From: Rhodospirillales bacterium | GTDB lineage: Bacteria; Pseudomonadota; Alphaproteobacteria; MPNO01; UBA2964 | Direction of reading: 5' to 3' | DNA length: 64,000 nucleotides | NCBI GenBank assembly: GCA_038116945.1 | Contig: JAYOEY010000001.1 | Coordinates: 292,649-356,648, forward strand | In this document: positions 58,327 to 64,000 of the stretch, piece after piece | Numbering within the stretch: position 1 is the stretch's first letter | How the letters are laid out: the number at the start of each line of letters is the position of its first letter | Program-made: the position numbers and the translations under genes | The notes under the pieces: model-generated | What the model saw: only the letters and a program-made list of their open reading frames with translations | Databases searched by the model: none | What the model was told of the DNA's origin: nothing

Positions 58327-59454
58327 ATGAAAATCACCCGGGTTGAGGCAACGAAGCTGCTGGTGCCGGTCAGCTATGATGCGCTCGGCATCGCGCGCGA
58401 GGAGAGGGTCCCGCTGACGCTCGTCGCCGTCGATACCGACGACGGCCATACAGGCTACGGCATTTCCGCGATCTCGCATCCCGCACCGGTCGTATCCGCC
58501 GTGAACGATGTTCTCGCCCCGGTCATTACCGGTCTGGACCCGATGCGGCACGAGCGCATCTGGCACGTAATGAGCTGGACCGCCATACCGTGGGGCCAAA
58601 GCGGTTATGCAACCCATGCCATCAGCGCGATCGATCTGGCGCTTTGGGACATCAAGGGCAAGGCGCTCAACCGTCCGGTATGGGAACTGATCGGCGGCGC
58701 GCGGGATGCCGTTCCGGCCTATGCAACCTGCGGCTTTTCGTTTCTTGACGACGATCAGCTCGCGGATGCGGTCAGGCGGGTCCGGGACATGGGGTTTGGC
58801 GGCGTAAAGCTGCAGGTCGGTCGACCGGGGCTCGATACTCGCAGGCCCCATCCGCCGCTGGAGGAGATCGTCAAAAGGGACGCGGAGCGCGTACGCCGCG
58901 TGCGCGAGGCGCTGGGTCCCGGGCCGGAGATCGCAGTCGATGCCGGCGTTCGTCTGGACCTTCCCAACGCGCGGAAGCTGTGCCGGCTCATCGAACCGTT
59001 CGACATCGCATTCTTCGAGGAACCCATCGTTCAGAACGATATTCCGCTGCTGGTCCAATTGAGACAGGAAACATCGATCCCGATTTCGGCGGGACAGAAC
59101 GAGGGCCAGGCAACCCGGTTTAGGGACATGATGACTTCCGGGGCGGTCGATATCGTTCAGCCCAACGTGTTTATCACCGGCGGGCTGACGCAGTCTCTGC
59201 GCATCGCCGGCATGGCGGCGTCCTTCAACATGCCGATTTCCAACGGCGGCGGTGCGCCGCATTTCAACATGCATCTTCAGGCGGGTGTCCAGAACGGCAC
59301 CGCGGTCGAATGGCAGTTCAGCAACGCCGTGGCCTGCCGGTCGGTTTTTCCCGACGCCCCTGCGCCGGTTCGCGGGACGATGGCAATGCCCGACAGGGCC
59401 GGTTTCGGTCTGAGCCCCGACAGGGACGCCGTACGGGAGTTCACGACGTCCTGA
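58327..59454 (+). CDS. enolase superfamily protein (mandelate racemase/muconate lactonizing enzyme family)
   Basis: AISAIDLALWDIKGK, VKLQVG, AVDAG, FFEEP and DIVQPN blocks. Confidence 0.85.
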   Translation: MKITRVEATKLLVPVSYDALGIAREERVPLTLVAVDTDDGHTGYGISAISHPAPVVSAVNDVLAPVITGLDPMRHERIWHVMSWTAIPWGQSGYATHAISAIDLALWDIKGKALNRPVWELIGGARDAVPAYATCGFSFLDDDQLADAVRRVRDMGFGGVKLQVGRPGLDTRRPHPPLEEIVKRDAERVRRVREALGPGPEIAVDAGVRLDLPNARKLCRLIEPFDIAFFEEPIVQNDIPLLVQLRQETSIPISAGQNEGQATRFRDMMTSGAVDIVQPNVFITGGLTQSLRIAGMAASFNMPISNGGGAPHFNMHLQAGVQNGTAVEWQFSNAVACRSVFPDAPAPVRGTMAMPDRAGFGLSPDRDAVREFTTS

Positions 59455-59496
59455 TTGCGCAACCACCGGAAGTGCGCCTCGGCGCAGGGAAAGAGC

Positions 59497-60330
59497 ATGA
59501 CGAACGACAACCCTGAAATTGACGAAACCGTCGATGCCAATGGCGTAGCGACGAACTATCACGATGCCGGAAGCGGGCGCCCGGTCGTACTGATCCACGG
59601 TTCCGGGCCGGGCGTGACGGGGTGGGCCAACTGGCGCACGGTTATCCCGAAACTGGCGGAGCGGTTTCGCGTGATTGCGCCGGATATGGTGGGTTTCGGA
59701 TATACCGACAGGCCGACGGATGCCCGTTACGTACTGGATTACTGGGTGGATCATGCGCTCGGCTTTCTCGACGCACTCGGCATCGAGCGTACCCATCTGG
59801 TTGGAAATTCCTTCGGAGGAGCTCTCGCGCTCGCTCTGGCCATTCGCGCACCCGAGCGGATCGAACGGCTGGTCCTGATGGGGTCCGTCGGGCTGGATTT
59901 TCCGCTCACGCCCGGCCTCGACGCGGTCTGGGGATACGAACCCGCGGTCGAAAACATGCGCGAACTCGTCGATCTCTTTACCTGCGACAAGAAATTCCTG
60001 ACGGACGATCTGGTGCGGATGCGCTACGAAGCCAGCATCCGGCCGGGCTACCAGGAATCCTATTCATCGATGTTTCCGGCGCCGCGCCAGGACGGCATCC
60101 GCGCCCTGGCGAGCCCCGAGGAAAGGATCGCCGCGATAGAGCATGAGACTCTGATCGTTCACGGTCGGGAAGACAGGGTGATCCCTCTCGAATCGAGCAT
60201 TCGCCTGAACCGGCTTATCGTCCGCTCGCAGTTGCACGTATTCGGTCAGTGCGGTCACTGGACGCAGATCGAACATAACGACCGCTTCTGCCGATTGGTC
60301 GGCGATTTTCTCGGTGAGGCAGAAAACTAG
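59497..60330 (+). CDS. alpha/beta hydrolase of the meta-cleavage-product (C-C bond) hydrolase type (BphD/MhpC-like)
   Basis: VLIHGSGPGV, GNSFGG nucleophile elbow, HGREDRVIP, CGHWTQIEH. Confidence 0.85.
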   Translation: MTNDNPEIDETVDANGVATNYHDAGSGRPVVLIHGSGPGVTGWANWRTVIPKLAERFRVIAPDMVGFGYTDRPTDARYVLDYWVDHALGFLDALGIERTHLVGNSFGGALALALAIRAPERIERLVLMGSVGLDFPLTPGLDAVWGYEPAVENMRELVDLFTCDKKFLTDDLVRMRYEASIRPGYQESYSSMFPAPRQDGIRALASPEERIAAIEHETLIVHGREDRVIPLESSIRLNRLIVRSQLHVFGQCGHWTQIEHNDRFCRLVGDFLGEAEN

Positions 60331-60405
60331 ATCCGGAAAGCCCGGCTGGCGGCGGACTGGAGACGTCTCAGGCGGTGATGTTGGCTATCGACGCACAGAG
60401 CGCTG

Positions 60406-60479
60406 TGGAGGCCCGGGCCGGAATCGAACCGGCGTGCAAGGATTTGCAGTCCTCTGGATAGCCACTCTCCCACCGGGCC
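60406..60479 (-). tRNA. tRNA-Cys (anticodon GCA)
   Basis: Reverse complement folds as acceptor GGCCCGG/CCGGGCC, anticodon loop CTGCAAA, GGTTCGATTCC T arm, with encoded CCA. Confidence 0.9.
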
Positions 60480-60588
60480 ACGGGCGCCTTCTTATGCCCT
60501 TAGGGACGCCGCGGTCAAGAAGGCGACGGAATTGTTTGTTAATGATCGTGACGGCATATAAATTCCGCGGTACCGGCATGGGTCCCGG

Positions 60589-61278
60589 ATGCCGGCCCGA
60601 GACATAACGAGTGGGGAGATGATGGTTGATTTCGCGCAAGCCCGCCAGAACATGGTGGACTGTCAGCTGAGAACGAACCGGATCACCGATCCGGCAGTCA
60701 TCGAAGCGTTCTCGACCGTTCCCCGGGAAGCGTTCGTCGATGACATCCATCGATCGGTGGCCTATGCGGACGAGGACCTTCCGATCGGTGGAGGACGGTT
60801 TCTGATGGAGCCGATGGTGTTCGCCCGTCTCGTTCAGGCGCTGGACATTTCCGGAAGCGACATCGTACTCGACATCGGTTGCGGTACCGGATATTCGGCT
60901 GCGATCCTGGCGTGTCTGTCGGCAACCGTCGTGGCTCTGGAGAGCAATTCCGATCTCGTTACCCGGGCAACCCGGACACTGGCGGAAAATTCGGTGGATA
61001 ACGCGGTCGTTATCGAGGCGCCGCTGGTTGATGGTTATGCGGGTCAGGGGCCGTATGGCGTAATCTGTATAGAAGGGGCGATCCCCGAAGTGCCCGAGAA
61101 ACTTCTCGGACAGCTGTCGGAGGGAGGGCGTCTCGCGGCAGTGTTGAATCAGGGACCCGGACCGGGAAACGCGATCCTGATGGTGAAAAAGTACGGCGCG
61201 ATATCGAGCCGCAACCTGTTTGATGCGAATATCGCTCACCTGCCGGAGTTTGAACGCCGGCCCGGTTTTGTTTTCTAG
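60589..61278 (+). CDS. pcm: protein-L-isoaspartate O-methyltransferase family protein
   Basis: NMVDCQLRTN...VLDIGCGTGYSAAILA SAM motif. The start is ambiguous (ATG 60589, or ATG 60619/60622 after GGGGAG). Confidence 0.75.
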   Translation: MPARDITSGEMMVDFAQARQNMVDCQLRTNRITDPAVIEAFSTVPREAFVDDIHRSVAYADEDLPIGGGRFLMEPMVFARLVQALDISGSDIVLDIGCGTGYSAAILACLSATVVALESNSDLVTRATRTLAENSVDNAVVIEAPLVDGYAGQGPYGVICIEGAIPEVPEKLLGQLSEGGRLAAVLNQGPGPGNAILMVKKYGAISSRNLFDANIAHLPEFERRPGFVF

Positions 61279-61311
61279 TGACATTCGGCTTTGGCCGGGA
61301 AAGGGACCTCG

Positions 61312-62706
61312 ATGTCGGGGAGTGGACGAAACCTGATCGGCAAATGGTCATTGCCGCTGCTGGCGGTGCTGTGCCTGGAAACGGCGGGCTTGGGGAACGC
61401 CGCCATCGCCCAGAGCTTCGAGGAAGCCCTTGGTAAGGCGTATCTGTACAATCCGACCTTGAGAGCGGCGCGCGCCGAACTGCGCGCGACTGACGAGGGA
61501 GTCGCTCAGGCCCTCAGCGGGTGGCGGCCGACAGTCGAACTCAGCTACGATTATGCCAAGTCGAATAATTTCTCGAATTCCGGCAACACGGCCCTGCGTT
61601 CCCAGAACCGGACGCCCAAAACGACCGCAGTGACGGTGGAACAGAACCTGTTCCGGGGCTTCAGGACCGAAACCGACACCAACCGGGCCGAGGCCAATGT
61701 AAAGGCGCAGCGGGCCCGCCTTTCGTCCACCGAGCAGACCGTGCTCTCCAACGCGGCGGCGGCATATATGGACGTTGTCCGGGACGAAGCGGTGCTCGAT
61801 CTCAACAGGAACAACGAAAGGGTGCTGGCGCGCCAGCTTCAGGCCACGCGAGACCGGTTCGAGGTCGGCGAGGTCACGCGAACCGATGTCGCTCAGGCGG
61901 AGGCTCGCCTTTCAAGCGCCAAGGCGGATCGCATCCAGGCCGAAGGGGCACTCGTCCGGTCGCAGGCGCGGTACAGGCAGGTCGTCGGCGACGCGCCGGG
62001 AAAGCTGACAGCGCCGCAAACGCTTGGCGGGCTTCCGGTCTCGGAGGAAGATGCGATCAATCAGGCGCGGGATCACAGCCCGGACGTTAAGGCGGCGCGT
62101 TTCGACGAGCAGTCGGCAAGGCTTGGAATTAAATCGGTTGAGGGCGAACTGCTCCCAACCGTCGACCTTGTCGGGGAAGTGAACCGTCGCGATCAGGCGT
62201 CTTCGCCGGAGAGTCGTACCGAGGAACTCAGTCTCACCGCGGAAGTCACGATCCCGCTCTATCAGGCCGGCGCCGTCAGTTCGAGGATCCGCGAGGCCAA
62301 GCAGACGTGGAGCCAGCGCAGGAGACAGCTGGAAGTGGCCTCCTTGGCGGCGACACGCGGCGCCACCGATGCCTGGAAAGGGCTGGTAACCGCTCAGGCC
62401 CAGATTACAGCGCTCACCGCTGCCGTTCGCGCCAACCAGATCGCGCTCGAAGGCGTTCGCCAGGAGGCGCAGGTGGGCTCCCGTACCGTCCTGGACGTGC
62501 TCGATGCGGAACAGGAACTGCTCAACTCGCGCGTTAGCCTCGTTCGGGCGGAACGCGATGCCGTGGTCGCCAGCGTTGACCTCCGCCAGGCGGTTGGTTC
62601 CCTGCTTGCAAGGGACCTGAAACTGCCGGTTTCGCTCTATGATCCGGAAGCGAACTATCGCACGGTTCGCGACAAGTGGTTCGGGCTCGACGTAAAGGAC
62701 GAATAA
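61312..62706 (+). CDS. tolC: TolC family outer membrane efflux protein
   Basis: Signal peptide, LYNPTLRAARAE start of the mature protein, two repeated coiled-coil halves, about 460 aa. Confidence 0.85.
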   Translation: MSGSGRNLIGKWSLPLLAVLCLETAGLGNAAIAQSFEEALGKAYLYNPTLRAARAELRATDEGVAQALSGWRPTVELSYDYAKSNNFSNSGNTALRSQNRTPKTTAVTVEQNLFRGFRTETDTNRAEANVKAQRARLSSTEQTVLSNAAAAYMDVVRDEAVLDLNRNNERVLARQLQATRDRFEVGEVTRTDVAQAEARLSSAKADRIQAEGALVRSQARYRQVVGDAPGKLTAPQTLGGLPVSEEDAINQARDHSPDVKAARFDEQSARLGIKSVEGELLPTVDLVGEVNRRDQASSPESRTEELSLTAEVTIPLYQAGAVSSRIREAKQTWSQRRRQLEVASLAATRGATDAWKGLVTAQAQITALTAAVRANQIALEGVRQEAQVGSRTVLDVLDAEQELLNSRVSLVRAERDAVVASVDLRQAVGSLLARDLKLPVSLYDPEANYRTVRDKWFGLDVKDE

Positions 62707-62802
62707 AGCTCTGTCGAATCACGGGTTTATGCGTTATCCTTTTGTTTACGTTTTTCTAACCATAGTGTCCGCTTTGTAATCCGGCTTACGGAAACCGTCC
62801 GT

Positions 62803-63540
62803 ATGAACGAACCGAAAACCCAGCAGGAACCGTCGATGGAAGAGATCCTGGCTTCCATCCGGCGGATAATTTCCGAAGACGAAAAACCCTCCGCCGAACA
62901 GAAGGCGGAGGAGGCGCCGACGGACGACGTTCTGGATCTAACGGAAATAGTCGAGGACGCCGAGGAATCCGTCGCCGACGAACCGGAGGAACCTGAAGCG
63001 GTATCGGAACCCGAGGAAACGGCGGTGTCGGAACCGGAAGAGCCCGAGGAGCCGGAATCCGAAGCCGAGGCCGAGGCGGTCGAAACAGCCGGTGTGATCG
63101 AAGAGGCCGCAGAGGTCGAAGAGACCGCGGAGGCGGCGGAAGAAATCGATTTCGATGCCGAGATCGAGGACGATACGCTCGAACTCCGTGAAGCCGAACC
63201 GGACGAGGAAGCAGTCGCGGAACCTCCCGAAGATCTGATCGAAGAAGCCAGTTTGCCGGTGGAGGAGGAGACATCCTCAGTCCCCGACGACGGCGGGCTG
63301 GTGGGAGTGTCGGCGCGCGATGCGGCGACGGGTTCGCTGGCCAGTCTTGTCCATGCGGTCGACCAGGCCAAGGGCGGCGCGACTCTCGGGGATGGCAACA
63401 GGACGATCGAGGATCTGGTGAAGGAGGTCATGCGACCGATGATCCGGGAATGGCTCGATCAAAACCTTCCGGGTCTCGTGGAGCGGCTTGTTCGAAAAGA
63501 GATCGAGCGTCTGTCGAGAACCGCCGAAGGCGACGACTGA
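62803..63540 (+). CDS. popZ: DUF2497/PopZ-family pole-organising protein homologue
   Basis: N-terminal EPSMEEILASIRRIISEDE, a long acidic Pro/Glu-rich linker, and C-terminal RTIEDLVKEVMRPMIREWLDQNLPGLVERLVRKEIERL closely resemble Caulobacter PopZ termini. Sits beside valS, as in Caulobacter. Confidence 0.8.
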   Translation: MNEPKTQQEPSMEEILASIRRIISEDEKPSAEQKAEEAPTDDVLDLTEIVEDAEESVADEPEEPEAVSEPEETAVSEPEEPEEPESEAEAEAVETAGVIEEAAEVEETAEAAEEIDFDAEIEDDTLELREAEPDEEAVAEPPEDLIEEASLPVEEETSSVPDDGGLVGVSARDAATGSLASLVHAVDQAKGGATLGDGNRTIEDLVKEVMRPMIREWLDQNLPGLVERLVRKEIERLSRTAEGDD

Positions 63541-63673
63541 CGCCGCTTTGTTTGCTCCCCGGACGACGCGGGGACTTGACGCTTTGCCCTCAGCCCGATT
63601 TAAAACGGTCTCCGCCGGTCTCCCGGCCGATTTTCGCTTTGCCCGCAATTTTCCGAATGAGTGAGCGCAGACC

Positions 63674-64000
63674 GTGACGCTTGAGAAAAACTATAATCCC
63701 GCCGATATCGAGACCCGCCATTACAAGGCCTGGGAGGATAGCGGTGTTTTCGGTTGCGGACTTACGCGCGCTCCAGGCAGCCAGCCTTCGGGCGATCCCT
63801 TTACCATCGTCATCCCGCCGCCCAACGTAACGGGCAGCCTGCATATGGGACACGCCCTGAACAACACGCTTCAGGACATCCTGATCCGCTACAACCGGAT
63901 GAAGGGGCGGGACGCGCTGTGGCAGCCCGGTACCGATCATGCCGGGATTGCGACCCAGATGGTCGTCGAACGCCGGCTTGCAGAGCAGGGCGTCGAAATC
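63674..64000 (+). CDS. valS: valine--tRNA ligase, N-terminal fragment (continues beyond window)
   Basis: GTG start, then [12 protein letters not shown]...[13 protein letters not shown] (HIGH motif)...[13 protein letters not shown]. The frame is open to the window end. Confidence 0.85.
   Translation, partial: MTLEKNYNPADIETRHYKAWEDSGVFGCGLTRAPGSQPSGDPFTIVIPPPNVTGSLHMGHALNNTLQDILIRYNRMKGRDALWQPGTDHAGIATQMVVERRLAEQGVEI

Noticed and set aside
55916-59796. Very long minus-strand ORFs (598 aa at 55916-57712; 551 aa at 58141-59796)
   Set aside because: They are antisense to the amidase/pyrC/pyrE genes and to the enolase-family/hydrolase genes, all of which carry strong motifs. The ORFs are Arg/Pro/Gly-rich and low in information, so they are shadow ORFs.
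62940-63300. Repetitive GAAGAGCC/GAACCGGA-type DNA that might be mistaken for a repeat array
   Set aside because: The repeats are imperfect, lie in frame and encode the acidic PopZ linker. There is no repeat-spacer periodicity, so this is not a CRISPR array or a mobile element.
62727-63431. 234-aa Ser-rich minus-strand ORF
   Set aside because: It mirrors the GAA/GAG/GCC-rich acidic linker of popZ. The Ser/Ala repeats are simply reverse-complement codons of Glu/Ala repeats.

Overview
High-GC, densely coding chromosomal segment with alphaproteobacterial hallmarks: glnB-glnA behind a sigma54-type promoter, and pcm-tolC-popZ(DUF2497)-valS synteny. I can support about 62 protein-coding genes, 3 tRNA genes (His-GTG, Asn-GTT, Cys-GCA), several intrinsic terminators and a few candidate promoter or operator sites. 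I saw no rRNA, CRISPR array, transposase, integrase, phage module or recognisable defence or toxin-antitoxin module. Landmarks in order: gltA 3-prime end; ald; an aryl-CoA ligase/small protein/MFS operon; a HyuB-HyuA-class III aminotransferase cluster; a TAXI-TRAP transporter; a two-component Rieske dioxygenase cluster; a complete Rrf2-sufBCDS-sufU-sufT-sufA operon; rhlE; tandem PhyH dioxygenase paralogues; parE; glnBA; a FIST plus hybrid histidine kinase pair; a split ThDP decarboxylase; an M20 amidase-pyrC-pyrE run; an enolase-superfamily gene plus a C-C hydrolase; and pcm-tolC-popZ-valS. The window reads as core metabolic chromosome, not an accessory island. I did not find a convincing self-contained novel system. 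The best follow-up targets are: (1) a FIST sensor gene broken by one in-frame TAA; (2) the HyuBA/aminotransferase cluster with two unassigned small proteins and a HyuB C-terminal extra domain; (3) an exported protein with a PEP-CTERM/VPLPA-CTERM-like tail, co-oriented with a nucleotidyltransferase and a paralogous tandem ferredoxin-like protein; (4) an M20 carbamoylase-type amidase abutting pyrC; (5) an AT-rich control region with a composite inverted repeat and a perfect 12-nt tandem duplication at a start codon. The ORF track uses ATG, GTG and TTG starts at the most upstream position, so many starts were trimmed by eye and remain approximate. All functional calls rest on motif recognition by eye, not on database searches.
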